A stretch of 46,012 nt of DNA, from NCBI GenBank assembly GCA_016872635.1, contig VGZN01000001.1, forward strand, positions 1-46,012, written 5' to 3'. Below, in pieces: positions 25,762 through 35,846 of the stretch; position 1 is the first letter of the stretch, and each line of letters starts with the position of its first letter. Made by a program: the position numbers and the translations under genes. Source of the DNA: Planctomycetota bacterium. GTDB taxonomy: Bacteria > Planctomycetota > Planctomycetia > Pirellulales > Pirellulaceae. The notes below the pieces were generated by a model. The model was not told the DNA's origin. It searched no databases and saw only the letters and a program-made list of their open reading frames with translations.

Positions 25762-28344
25762 ATGGCAAACGGTTCAGCGAGGAGCGTACGAGGTTGGTTC
25801 TATGCCTTGGTGGTCGCCGTCGCTTTGATTTTGCTATTTGTCGCCGGTGAACAGTATTCCCGGATGAAACGGCCAAGATACTTCTTCTCGCCACGTACGA
25901 CGACACTGAGCGTAGCCATGCGTCCTCGCACCACCGTTCGGATTGTGGCTGAACCCATTCCGCTTGAACTAGAACCCTCCGAACAGTTGGTAAATCGATC
26001 GAGGTGGGTTCATTATCGAACCGAGGCTCCGACATCGATCGCGCTCGTAGAACCTCCAGCCGGCGTGAAGTTGACAGCACCTGTCTCCGACCAATTCGTT
26101 GACCCCTTCCCCGAATTTGCAGCACGGCCCCGCTTGGCCATGAGCGAGCAGGAATCGCAGGATTCCATCACTGCCAACGCGGTATCGGCGATCCGTACTG
26201 TCAGTGATCCGTCCAATGCGATCACCTCGAATAGCCTTTCCGCAAAAGTGTCAGTCATCGGGAACACGTGGCCTGTCGCTCTGCAAGTGCAAACGGAACT
26301 GAACGATTTCCGAGAGATCCAAATCACCGAATGCACTCTACCGATCCGCGATGCTTTGCGTGAATGGAACAGTCGGTTAAGTGAGATTTTCGAGTCCTTG
26401 CAAAGTGTCGCGATTACCGAGCCCAAGTCGCAGACACTACTTGACGAACTGAGTGAGTTGTCCGACCGAGGATTCGCGTGGGCTGGCGAGTATGTTTTGG
26501 AATCACCTTCCCTCGCCGCTGCACTGAACCGACTTGCATACTCCGTCAAACGTAGAGTTGTCGTGTGGTCTGCCGTGCACGAGTGCAAGCGGGTCGGTCG
26601 AGAACGATTCATTGCAATACGATCCTACGACGTGGATTACAACAAACTTCAGGAACGGTTGGAAACCGTGCGGCGAGCGTTGATTTCGACCGACGACGTT
26701 GTCAATTGGGGACGATATTTGATGCTTGATCGTATCGACGATCTCGCTCAACAACGGATGGAATCACGGGAAAGCCAAGTTGGATTAGCTCGTGAGTTTC
26801 TCGCAAGAGTCACCGACACACGAGTAACAGCAGATCAGCGTCGAGTTCTGACCAGTGCTGAAGTCCACAGGCTGGCGGATCAAGTCCACCCGTTGACGAT
26901 TGGCCCCGTCGACTACCGCAAAATTCTGATCGATATTGAAGCGATTGAGAGCAATCCGGTACACCGATGCAGCGCCGACGTGGCAGATGCCATTCAGTCC
27001 CTGCGATTCTCGGAACACCCTGAACAGGCTGCGGTGGCGGATATCATCGGCACCCATTACCGAAATGCCAATATTCGAATGAGCGTGTCCGAGGCGTTCA
27101 TCAATAGAATGATGCCGCAGGGACAAGTATCCAACCGCCCTGTGCAGCAACGCATTTTAGGTGCCGACACCCGGGGAGCGAGCCAAGCGAGCACTTCGTT
27201 AAAGGTCAACTTCGTTCCCGATCCTTCCGCTTGGCACGTCGCGCTCAACTTGGATGGGCAGATCGACAGCAGCACACGTAGCAGTCGAAACGGAGCGACA
27301 TTTTACAATGCAACAAAAGCTCACGTCCAAGCATCACGAGATATTCGCATCGACTCCACCTCACTTCAAATCGACGGAAAGTCTGCAACCGTTGAGTCGA
27401 GTGACTCGCTCCGCAAATTCTCAACGAGTTGGGACTCCATGCCGGTACTGGGAGAGATGATTCGATACGTAGCTCACCAAGAGTTCGTACAGTCAAGACC
27501 GATTGCGAAGCGTCTGACACAGAAACTCATCGCCAAGCAAACCGATCAAGAGTTTGATAGCCAACTCAAAACGAACATTGATACCGCACGATCACAATTC
27601 GACAAGCGACTTCTGGGCCCGTTGCAATCCCTCCAACTACAGCCTCTCGTTCTCGATATGCAAACCACGGAGAATCGATTGGTGGTGCGATACCGTGTTG
27701 CAAGTGCCAATCAGATCTCGGCGTACACGCCGAGACCTGTCGCTCCAGGGGATAGTCTGATCTCGTTGCAATTGCACCAATCCGCCTTCAACAATTTAAT
27801 TTCGCAAGCAATAGATACAACGCGTGATTGGACCATTCAAGATCTCGCGGCACAAATTGCAGATGTTCTTCAACAATCTCGCCCGGAACTTCCAGACGAC
27901 ACTCCCAACGATGTTGTGATCCGATTCATGGAACACCATCCGATGAACGTCGAGTTTGAAGACAATCGTATGTGGCTGACTCTCCGAATTGCGTCGCTGG
28001 AGCAACCTGGAAGAATTCTGCTCAAAAACTTTACGATTCGTACTTCGTTCGCCCCTTCGATTGATGGTATCCAAGCTGACGTAGTTCGGGATGGTGTCAT
28101 CAGCATCGATGGACACAAGATTGGTGTTCGCGATCGGTTGCCCCTTCGTGCGATCTTCACCAAAGTCTTCTCCGGAAGAACGTCAATGCCAATGGTCTCG
28201 CAGGAACTCGCTAACGACCCAAGAGCGAAAGGCCTTGCAGTATCGCAACTCGAGATGAGAGATGGTTGGTTCGCAATCGCAGTCAGCGAAGAAGAAGCTG
28301 CGAGCGTCGCAGCCTTCAAGGCCAGCCAAACAGTGACGAGATAA
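25762..28344 (+). CDS. Large membrane-anchored hypothetical protein (planctomycete type)
   Basis: Long ORF with an N-terminal TM helix (WFYALVVAVALILLFVAG). GAGGTG lies upstream of ATG 25762. Helical middle and beta-rich C-terminal half. Confidence 0.75.
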   Translation: MANGSARSVRGWFYALVVAVALILLFVAGEQYSRMKRPRYFFSPRTTTLSVAMRPRTTVRIVAEPIPLELEPSEQLVNRSRWVHYRTEAPTSIALVEPPAGVKLTAPVSDQFVDPFPEFAARPRLAMSEQESQDSITANAVSAIRTVSDPSNAITSNSLSAKVSVIGNTWPVALQVQTELNDFREIQITECTLPIRDALREWNSRLSEIFESLQSVAITEPKSQTLLDELSELSDRGFAWAGEYVLESPSLAAALNRLAYSVKRRVVVWSAVHECKRVGRERFIAIRSYDVDYNKLQERLETVRRALISTDDVVNWGRYLMLDRIDDLAQQRMESRESQVGLAREFLARVTDTRVTADQRRVLTSAEVHRLADQVHPLTIGPVDYRKILIDIEAIESNPVHRCSADVADAIQSLRFSEHPEQAAVADIIGTHYRNANIRMSVSEAFINRMMPQGQVSNRPVQQRILGADTRGASQASTSLKVNFVPDPSAWHVALNLDGQIDSSTRSSRNGATFYNATKAHVQASRDIRIDSTSLQIDGKSATVESSDSLRKFSTSWDSMPVLGEMIRYVAHQEFVQSRPIAKRLTQKLIAKQTDQEFDSQLKTNIDTARSQFDKRLLGPLQSLQLQPLVLDMQTTENRLVVRYRVASANQISAYTPRPVAPGDSLISLQLHQSAFNNLISQAIDTTRDWTIQDLAAQIADVLQQSRPELPDDTPNDVVIRFMEHHPMNVEFEDNRMWLTLRIASLEQPGRILLKNFTIRTSFAPSIDGIQADVVRDGVISIDGHKIGVRDRLPLRAIFTKVFSGRTSMPMVSQELANDPRAKGLAVSQLEMRDGWFAIAVSEEEAASVAAFKASQTVTR

Positions 28345-28395
28345 TCCAAGAAGTTCTCTTCGTGCCTACACACCTCAACCCGCTAAAGCTGCTAC

Positions 28396-29367
28396 CTACT
28401 CACTAGTGCCCACAGACTTCAAGTGCTTGTTGAAGAAAACAATCGAGGCGCTTAGCGCTGTTGGGTCGACGAATGCCATGATGTGAGACTTACGGGGTAA
28501 CGTTATGAACTCGTGGGGGACACGTTTGGATTCAAGCTTTCCTCGCATGCGTTCGGCAAATTGGATCGGAACTAGTTTGTCTCCATCCCCGTGAAAAAGC
28601 AGGATCGGTGGATCGTCGGCGGAGACATGCTGAATGGGTGAGGCCTCAGCATATACATCTGGAAGCTCTTGGCGCGTACCTCCTAGAAACCCTGCCAGCA
28701 ACGAACTCTCGGAAGGGATGAGCTCCAAGTCGCATGGCGCGCCACCTGCAACGCAGGCACGAACCCGAGGAAGATCCGACCTTGGATTCGTCGCGACCAA
28801 CGCCGCCAAATGCCCTCCCGCGGAATATCCCCAAACACCTAATCGCGACAAGTCGACGTTTAATTCACTGGCGTTGCGATTCAGCCAGCCTAATGCTTCG
28901 AAACAATCATCGATTTGAGCCGGATGCTTATGCTTGGGTGCCAATCGATAGTTAATCACCATGACAACATATCCATTGGAGGCGATCTTTCTAGCATGCC
29001 CAGAATCGTTGGCTTTATCACCAGCGACCCATGCTCCTCCGTGAATCATAATGATCCCAGGATACATTCCCGCCTCAATTGGCGTGTAAAGATCACACCT
29101 TTGATACGGGTCGCCTTCTTCACAGTACGGAACATTGTACTTGACCCTGATCTTCATGCCCCCTTTTTGGGGCATTTCCAAATCGGCTGGGGGCTTTGGA
29201 GACGACGACGGTGCACCCGAACGCGGAGGTTCAGGGATTTGAACGGTGCCATCGTCGGATCGTAATTCCTGCGCACAAAGTGAACGATCCGCATCGACAC
29301 TTCTAATCAGCAGGAAACCCAGCACCAATGCTTTCTGGATCCAGTGATCAAACAGGCCATATCGCAT
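28396..29367 (-). CDS. Secreted alpha/beta hydrolase (HSL/BD-FAE-like esterase)
   Basis: IHGGAW, NYRLAP, GYSAGGHLA, HGDGDxLVP and C-terminal His. ATG 29367 follows GGAG and lies just past the moaB stop. Confidence 0.88.
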   Translation of the reverse strand: MRYGLFDHWIQKALVLGFLLIRSVDADRSLCAQELRSDDGTVQIPEPPRSGAPSSSPKPPADLEMPQKGGMKIRVKYNVPYCEEGDPYQRCDLYTPIEAGMYPGIIMIHGGAWVAGDKANDSGHARKIASNGYVVMVINYRLAPKHKHPAQIDDCFEALGWLNRNASELNVDLSRLGVWGYSAGGHLAALVATNPRSDLPRVRACVAGGAPCDLELIPSESSLLAGFLGGTRQELPDVYAEASPIQHVSADDPPILLFHGDGDKLVPIQFAERMRGKLESKRVPHEFITLPRKSHIMAFVDPTALSASIVFFNKHLKSVGTSE

Positions 29368-29371
29368 GACT

Positions 29372-29950
29372 TCAACTCCCTGCATGATGTACGAGGTGTG
29401 CTAATTCCGGGATAATAAGGCGTTCCATCGCCAATCGGACCCCTGCGGGGGAGCCGGGCATGGTCATGATAATCTGCTTTCCACACCGACCTGCACTCGC
29501 GCGACTCAGCATGGCCGATGCCCCAATCTCTTGAAAGCTCAGCATTCGAAAAAGTTCACCGTAACCAGGAATCGATGCATCGTAGAGCGTCTCGATCCCC
29601 TCCGTCGTCTGATCGCGTGCCGACAAACCGGTACCCCCGGTCACTAATAAAGCCTGCACTCCGTCTAATGCTAATATTTCTCGGGCGCTCTGAGAGATCA
29701 ATTCGCGTTCGTCGCGCACGATGATCCGCTCTCTGACAGAATGGCCCGCGGACTCCAAAAAGTGCGAAATCAATCGTCCCCCTTCGTCGTTCTCCAACGT
29801 TCGAGTGTCGCTAACCGTCAAGACTCCCACCGTCAATAACTTTGGGGCACTTCGTTTGTGCGATTGCGTACTCTCGGATTCACGTGCTCCATCTAATATC
29901 GTTTCGGCCAATTTTGTTGCAGCCGATTTCGAGCTCCCATTTGACGACAT
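29372..29950 (-). CDS. moaB: Molybdenum cofactor biosynthesis protein B (MoaB/MogA family)
   Basis: LTVSDTR, TGGTGLSARD, PGYGELFR, SRASAG and MPGSP. Start uncertain. Confidence 0.88.
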   Translation of the reverse strand: MSSNGSSKSAATKLAETILDGARESESTQSHKRSAPKLLTVGVLTVSDTRTLENDEGGRLISHFLESAGHSVRERIIVRDERELISQSAREILALDGVQALLVTGGTGLSARDQTTEGIETLYDASIPGYGELFRMLSFQEIGASAMLSRASAGRCGKQIIMTMPGSPAGVRLAMERLIIPELAHLVHHAGS

Positions 29951-30123
29951 CTTCGGTATTCCAAATTCGACTTTAGAAAATAGTGCTTCACTCAAATCGA
30001 TCGCGCTGTGATCAAATCATGGACAGTCTAGTCAACGTTCATTACTACCACTTTCCCTCGATATCTTCTCAGAGTCTACTTGATTGTAGTGAATTTTACC
30101 AAAGCGAAAAATTTCTTCCATTT

Positions 30124-30138
30124 CGGCACAGCAATTGT
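30124..30138 (+). promoter_or_regulatory. Near-consensus sigma54 promoter (CGGCAC-N5-TTGT)
   Basis: Correct GG-N10-G spacing but GT instead of GC at -12. About 100 bp upstream of the 30240 gene. Confidence 0.3.
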
Positions 30139-30239
30139 TATTTCGTTTTCGCTGAATGGACTGCACCAAGGAACTACCTATTGCGTGAGCGAGTCCAAGG
30201 AAGCCGATTGGAAACATGGTAATCGAAGGGGAACGAAGC

Positions 30240-30866
30240 ATGCGAATCTTATCAGCAAGGCGGAACGGTTACCTAGTCGCATTAGGACGAGCCGTCTTTG
30301 GTATGACGATCGCTCTCGGAGCTTGGTCTGGATTTCCGCAGATCGCAGTTGCGGGAAACCCTTGGAGTTCCGCGATTGGCGAGGCGATTGCCGTCCAAGG
30401 CAGGACTGAAGATATCCTAGAACGGGTTCATCAAAAATACCCGCGAAGTTTCGTAGCTCAACCAGCCGCAACGCTCGATAACTCGGCTTGCCGCCTTGTT
30501 GAATTGCTCAAGACTGGCGCCCACTGTGACCAAGTGCGATTCGGTTTCGAACAAACGCATCAATTGTGGCGGCACGTAGCCGCCATGATGGAATCGGATT
30601 GCCACATGCGCAACGATCGAACAATGCGGTCCTACATGGAAAGTCTCGACAGGCGTATGGCCAGAATGGCTATTGCGGTTCAACATGCCATGAAACGGAC
30701 TCCGGTGCCGGTTCCAATTCCATTTGCCTTCGACGCTCCTCACTCCCCATATGAATCCCCACTATTTCCTCAGCAAGTATTTCCTCAGCAAGTATTTCCT
30801 CAGCAAGTATTTCCTCAATCCATGCCACCTTTTCAAAACGCTTGGGGTGATCGTCGATCCTATTAA
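30240..30866 (+). CDS. Secreted helical hypothetical protein with Pro/Gln-rich tail
   Basis: Signal-like N-terminus, amphipathic helices and C-terminal (V)FPQQ repeats. GAAGGGG lies upstream of ATG 30240. Confidence 0.65.
   Translation: MRILSARRNGYLVALGRAVFGMTIALGAWSGFPQIAVAGNPWSSAIGEAIAVQGRTEDILERVHQKYPRSFVAQPAATLDNSACRLVELLKTGAHCDQVRFGFEQTHQLWRHVAAMMESDCHMRNDRTMRSYMESLDRRMARMAIAVQHAMKRTPVPVPIPFAFDAPHSPYESPLFPQQVFPQQVFPQQVFPQSMPPFQNAWGDRRSY
30763..30817 (+). repeat. In-frame 15-bp tandem repeat TATTTCCTCAGCAAG x~3.7 (encodes FPQQV)
   Basis: Read directly. Confidence 0.9.
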
Positions 30867-31174
30867 CTCCCGATCATTGAAAAAGCGGGCACCAACGAGT
30901 TTTCCCTCCGTGTACAGCATACAACCCTCGGCAACGCAGCATCCTGGCGGTTGGCGAAATTGCGGTGCCTCTCGCGTGGATCGCATCTTTCTGTTTTCCG
31001 AAGCCGTCATGGGGGCGAATGAGATTTGCTAGCTTCGCTACTTTGCGAAAAAGCTTCACGGCGAGGGATGGCGGTAGCCGACACAAACGGAAGATCCGGA
31101 AAAGTTGTTCGTATCTTTGCAGGTTACCAACTTCCCGGCACAACATACTCGTGATTTGTCCTAGCAAGTAATTG

Positions 31175-32617
31175 ATGGCAAACAACGCATCCTCACAGCC
31201 CGTAAAGGATTCATCGGGAATCGACCAAGCGTTGGTAGAGCCTGCTCGCCATCGGCTTGGGAGGTCGAGTCTGAGGGCATCTCGAATCGCCATGATTGGA
31301 TTTACGAGTTTGCTGTGGTTGGTCAATTGGTTACCCATCCAAGCACCTACCTATGTGTTTCTTGGAAACGCAGTGGCTACTCAATCTCGATGGAATCAAC
31401 TGGTTTTGCTCAGCCGCACTCAAGTAATCGATTCCGAGAAAATCCATTGGCTAGATTGCACTCCCGCAGCCGAATCTCGAGTTGGTTCTCCCTCCTCAGA
31501 TCTGAAAGTCTTAAAGATACGTGTCGGCTTGAAAAAGGCAGCTGACTTTGCGTTTGTGGAACATGAAATCGAACAATTGACTCGCCCCAGCTCAAACCTT
31601 GATTCGACCGCTCCTCTGCGTCAAGCGATCCGTGAGCAGCGATGGCGGGCCGAAGTCGTCAACCATCAAATTCATCGTTTCCAATTGGATTGCGAACGAG
31701 ACGGGATAGCGATGTCCGACCTGACCGCTGCAAGTAGCTTCCGACTGGCTTCACACCAAAAACGTGTCGTCTCAAGCAATGCTCTTTCGCCCCCCCCCGA
31801 AACCGAAAACTCCCTTTCGGGATCGGAGCGGCGGGAAATCACGGACGAAGATCGCGCCACTGGGCAGCAACTTGCGGAGATGAAGACGATCCACGAGGGT
31901 AATATCAAACGCTTCGAGTCGGAGTTAGAGCATCTGGTCGCGGTCTCCTCAGGGCACTTTGCGCTAACAGGAGCACCCAAAGTCTCCGCACTCCCTGGAA
32001 AATTCTCTTGGACGCGCTCGATCCTCGCTGTCACCCTTGCTGCTTCGCTTGTCGTTGGAATCACGTTTGGGTTACCGAGAAATCTCCGTCGCGGTATCCA
32101 TTGGCTTTCAAAGTTTCCAACAAAGTCGACTCGCAAATCCGGTCGATCCTGCACTCCGCCGCACAAAGCTACTTGTCTCAATGAGCAAAGCACCACTTCC
32201 AAAGTAGGGGAATGCTTTAACGAGTCGGACGTTGCCCGAACACTTGAGCGATATTCGATTGCCTATTGGGGACGACTATCCTACGAAGCCCCTGAAAAAA
32301 TCGCTCTACCATCCGGTATTGCTCTACCATCGACCGCGATCACTCGTCCACTCAACGAAGAGGACGGGAAAGAAGCTCAGAGGATTGTTCACGACGCTGC
32401 CCCACGGGAAACGGCATTGCACTTGAAATCTAGTGCGCGGACTAATCGATTCAATCAGTATTCATGGTTCATGTTCGATGGGGCCTCGTTGGGCGATACA
32501 CTTTTGGTCGCTTGGCTTTGCGTCTTTGTGCTTCGCTATGGGGTAGACTCGGTGTGGCGAGAGTTGCTTTTTAAGGCCCCGTTAGCGGCGTTTTCTAGTG
32601 TGCTTTTCGGGATTTGA
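31175..32617 (+). CDS. Hypothetical membrane protein (TM - coiled coil - TM - tail - TM)
   Basis: Hydrophobic segments near the N-terminus, at WTRSILAVTLAASLVVGITFG and at the C-terminus, with a coiled-coil-like region between the first two. Confidence 0.6.
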   Translation: MANNASSQPVKDSSGIDQALVEPARHRLGRSSLRASRIAMIGFTSLLWLVNWLPIQAPTYVFLGNAVATQSRWNQLVLLSRTQVIDSEKIHWLDCTPAAESRVGSPSSDLKVLKIRVGLKKAADFAFVEHEIEQLTRPSSNLDSTAPLRQAIREQRWRAEVVNHQIHRFQLDCERDGIAMSDLTAASSFRLASHQKRVVSSNALSPPPETENSLSGSERREITDEDRATGQQLAEMKTIHEGNIKRFESELEHLVAVSSGHFALTGAPKVSALPGKFSWTRSILAVTLAASLVVGITFGLPRNLRRGIHWLSKFPTKSTRKSGRSCTPPHKATCLNEQSTTSKVGECFNESDVARTLERYSIAYWGRLSYEAPEKIALPSGIALPSTAITRPLNEEDGKEAQRIVHDAAPRETALHLKSSARTNRFNQYSWFMFDGASLGDTLLVAWLCVFVLRYGVDSVWRELLFKAPLAAFSSVLFGI

Positions 32618-32639
32618 GTCCGCCGATTCGAGTTTCTCA

Positions 32640-35162
32640 ATGGATGATCAAAGCACCCCATTTCGACTCCGAAGTTTGACCCGTCCCCGATGGCAAACCC
32701 GCCGTGGAATAGGTCGCACGTTAATCTTAGGTGCTATCGGGGGATTGCTGTCGTTATCAGGCCTGATCCTTGGCGTTTGGATATATGCGAGTCGACCAGA
32801 GGACCCGCACGAAAAGCTCAATATTGCGCTCCGAATGGCTCGTCGAGGGGATTTCTCAACCTCTGCGAAAATCGCCAATCGAACCGATGAAAAGACCATC
32901 CAAAGGTCCTCAGACCGCTCGACGCGTCATTTCCTGATCGGGGCGGACGCGAGAGTCTCGGCAAAGAATCTTTTCCAACGCCGCGCTCGTACCGATCTGA
33001 ACGAGACAGCAGCAAACCGATTGGAAGAAAGCCGCAAATTGAAATTCCCTGCGGGATACGAGGGGCTCGGGAATTATCTGTTAGGTTCCGCACTGTTCGA
33101 ATTGTTTCGATGGAATGAAGCCAAGGAGCCCCTCGAAATCGCTTCAGAACGTTGGCCTCAGGGTCGAAGTGATTCGGTAGAAAACCTGATCGATATCGAT
33201 CTATTTCAAAGCAAACCAGACATCGCTGCGGCGACACACCGATTGGACCGCTGGGCATCGCTTCCAGCGATCTCACCGGCCGAACACGATCGGATAGCGA
33301 TGAAACGAATGCAGATTGCAAAATTTGAAGGGAAACCCGATGAGATTCGAAAGCAATTTCAATTGATCGGTCCCGACTCCTCGGTCCGACCAGATGCCAA
33401 TGTACTTTTTGCGACATACCTTCGTGATACTGCAAAGGACAAGACTCCTTCGGAAGCTGAAGCACTACGACAAGAAGCGTTGAAGTATCTCGACGATGTA
33501 AGCTTCATGTCAGACGTCTCCAATCCGACGCGTCGCCAAGCAGCCCTACAAAAAGGCTTAATCTATCGCGATCAAGGACGGACAAGTCTTGCCGTCAGCA
33601 CTTTCAGCAGTCTTCGCCTGGCATCCCCCTTTGAACCGGAATTTATGGCAGCTGGAATCGAAGAAATTGATACCTTGATCGACCGAAAAGAGTTCAATGA
33701 AACGATTTCCACCATGGAACACCTCATGAAAAACTTTGGCGAGTCCAAGTGGTATCAGAACAGTTGGATGCCGATCGATCGCATGCGAGAGCGAATCCTA
33801 GCCTCGGCTACACGGATTCTTGACCAAGAAGCTTACGACGTTGGAGAACAGTTTGTAAAAAGGCTACCTCCAGTTTGCAATGAGATAGATCGTCTACGAT
33901 TGGAGGTTGCAGTCCACGATCGCTGGGCACGCTCCTTGCAGGACAAGTGGGCTTCGCGGGTAGAAGGCGACCCGAACAATAGCAAAGTAGCGGAGCAAAT
34001 GGAGCAGTCATTCCGTCGTGCAGCATCAGCGCTTGACACTCTCTGTGGCTATGAAATGCGTTCTCCCACTTATTTGGATTTGATTTGGCGTGGCATTGAG
34101 GATTACCACTATGCCAATGACTTCCGAAATAGCAACAAGCTTATCGACCGTTATTTGAATTTGGTACCTCGTTCGGAGCGTGCGAAAGCGCTATTGCTCA
34201 AAGCAAAGAACCATGCCGCGTCTGGGGAAGTCGATTTGGCCCTCAACACACTGGATAATCTAATCCTCTCGAATCCCGACAGCCCTCTTGTGTACGATGC
34301 CAAACTGATCGCGGCGAGAATGAATTGGAACAAGGGTAACTTTGAACAGGCAGAAACGCTGATTACAGAAAATCTGTACTACGGAAGTTTACGCCCTGAG
34401 AGCCCTCTCTGGAAAGAATCGTTGCTCGAACTAGGGACATTGATGTACCGCCGTGGGGAACAAATGCAAGTTCAAGCACAAGGCGCCATCGTCGAAAATC
34501 CGTCCAAAGCGTCGACATTACTCCCTGAAATTGAACAAAGTTTCGAGCAATTGATGCGCAGTATTTCAAGCATGGAGGAAGGACTTAGGCGTTTCAAGGA
34601 CGACCCTCGCAGGTATCAGTTGCTGTACATGACAGCCAAAGCGTATCGCATGGCCTCATACTGGCCTGACATGCTGCTCAAGGAGAATCGGGTGATCAGC
34701 GAAGAGGCGATCGCTCAATGGAAAAGCCAACGCAAAGAACTTCTCGTTCGATCGCGAGATACATTTGCTCAGTTGAGAAAAGAAATCAGCACTCTCTCCG
34801 GTGATGGAACACGAGATCCCAATGCTAAAGAAATGCTTCGTAATAGCTACTTCGGAGAAGCAGATTTGTACTTCCACGAAGGCAACTTCAATGCCGCCTT
34901 AGAAGCATACAGGGACGTAGCGAATCGCTTCATCAACGAGCCGGAGTCGCTGGAAGCGTTTCTTCAAATTGCCCGTTGCCAGGAAGCCATGGGTCAGGTG
35001 AACGAAATGCGACAAACTCTTGAGATGGCCCGGGATGTTTTGAGCCGAATTCCGAGCGAGAATGACGAGCGTTTCTTAGCGAACACTCGTCAAAGTAGAA
35101 AAAGTTGGGATGAACAAATCCAATGGATGTTAGACAACATCGATCGCAACGGCATCAACTAG
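32640..35162 (+). CDS. Membrane-anchored tetratricopeptide-repeat protein
   Basis: Single N-terminal TM followed by many TPR-like helical pairs (e.g. YFGEADLYFHEGNFNAALEAYR, AFLQIARCQEAMG). Start ATG 32640. Confidence 0.8.
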   Translation: MDDQSTPFRLRSLTRPRWQTRRGIGRTLILGAIGGLLSLSGLILGVWIYASRPEDPHEKLNIALRMARRGDFSTSAKIANRTDEKTIQRSSDRSTRHFLIGADARVSAKNLFQRRARTDLNETAANRLEESRKLKFPAGYEGLGNYLLGSALFELFRWNEAKEPLEIASERWPQGRSDSVENLIDIDLFQSKPDIAAATHRLDRWASLPAISPAEHDRIAMKRMQIAKFEGKPDEIRKQFQLIGPDSSVRPDANVLFATYLRDTAKDKTPSEAEALRQEALKYLDDVSFMSDVSNPTRRQAALQKGLIYRDQGRTSLAVSTFSSLRLASPFEPEFMAAGIEEIDTLIDRKEFNETISTMEHLMKNFGESKWYQNSWMPIDRMRERILASATRILDQEAYDVGEQFVKRLPPVCNEIDRLRLEVAVHDRWARSLQDKWASRVEGDPNNSKVAEQMEQSFRRAASALDTLCGYEMRSPTYLDLIWRGIEDYHYANDFRNSNKLIDRYLNLVPRSERAKALLLKAKNHAASGEVDLALNTLDNLILSNPDSPLVYDAKLIAARMNWNKGNFEQAETLITENLYYGSLRPESPLWKESLLELGTLMYRRGEQMQVQAQGAIVENPSKASTLLPEIEQSFEQLMRSISSMEEGLRRFKDDPRRYQLLYMTAKAYRMASYWPDMLLKENRVISEEAIAQWKSQRKELLVRSRDTFAQLRKEISTLSGDGTRDPNAKEMLRNSYFGEADLYFHEGNFNAALEAYRDVANRFINEPESLEAFLQIARCQEAMGQVNEMRQTLEMARDVLSRIPSENDERFLANTRQSRKSWDEQIQWMLDNIDRNGIN

Positions 35163-35180
35163 GCGTTCGAGGACCTCGAC

Positions 35181-35753
35181 CTAGTTTGCCAGAGCCTTTT
35201 CAATCGCCTGGACGAGTTCAGGCGAACTTGGGTCCACTCCGGAACCAAATCGACCAACGACATTCCCCTTGCGGTCGACCAAGAACTTTTCGAAGTTCCA
35301 TTTGATCGCCCCCTTGCCAGCAGGCTTGGTATCGAGCCCAGTGAGATACTTGTAAAGACCGCAAGCATCGCCGCCATTGACGTTGACCTTGTCGAGCATA
35401 TCGAACGTAACGTTGTACTTGCTGCTGCAGAACTGTTTGATCTCTTTACTGGTTCCTGGTTCTTGGCCACCGAACTGGTTGCACGGAACCCCGACAACTG
35501 CCAAACCTTTCTCAGCATGGGTCTGATGCAGTTTTTGCAGTCCCGAGTACTGCTTGGTGTACCCGCAGTTGCTCGCGACATTGACGAACAGTACTACTTT
35601 GCCTTCGTATTTGCTCAGATCTACGTTTTCGCCTTCCAACGATTTCATGGAAAACGCGAGCGCTGGAGGGGAATCTTTGCTCGCCTCCTCTGCCATGCCT
35701 ACGGAGAATAGTGCCATCGCTACAATTCCAGCCAACAAAGTTTTTGATCGCAT
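35181..35753 (-). CDS. Glutathione peroxidase family protein (Cys type) with signal peptide
   Basis: NVASNCG (TGC codon, not Sec), PCNQFGGQEP and KWNFEKFL. Cleavable signal ending ..GMA-EE. Confidence 0.92.
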   Translation of the reverse strand: MRSKTLLAGIVAMALFSVGMAEEASKDSPPALAFSMKSLEGENVDLSKYEGKVVLFVNVASNCGYTKQYSGLQKLHQTHAEKGLAVVGVPCNQFGGQEPGTSKEIKQFCSSKYNVTFDMLDKVNVNGGDACGLYKYLTGLDTKPAGKGAIKWNFEKFLVDRKGNVVGRFGSGVDPSSPELVQAIEKALAN

Positions 35754-35790
35754 AAACGGTTCCTAAAGGGGGGACAGGGGCTTTTAACCG

Positions 35791-35814
35791 CATCGAGTGT
35801 CAAACGACTCGATG
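35791..35814. other. Inverted repeat CATCGAGT-N8-ACTCGATG between lysA and the peroxidase gene
   Basis: Perfect 8-bp stem without a clear U-tract. Could be a terminator, stabiliser or operator. Confidence 0.4.
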
Positions 35815-35846
35815 GAAGATGCTTAATGGAAGATTATGGCGGGGTG

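Noticed and set aside
29951-30215. Moco riboswitch upstream of moaB
   Set aside because: AT-rich divergent promoter region with no convincing multi-stem structure.
35540-35580. Selenocysteine in the glutathione peroxidase
   Set aside because: The active-site codon is TGC (Cys) and there is no in-frame TGA.
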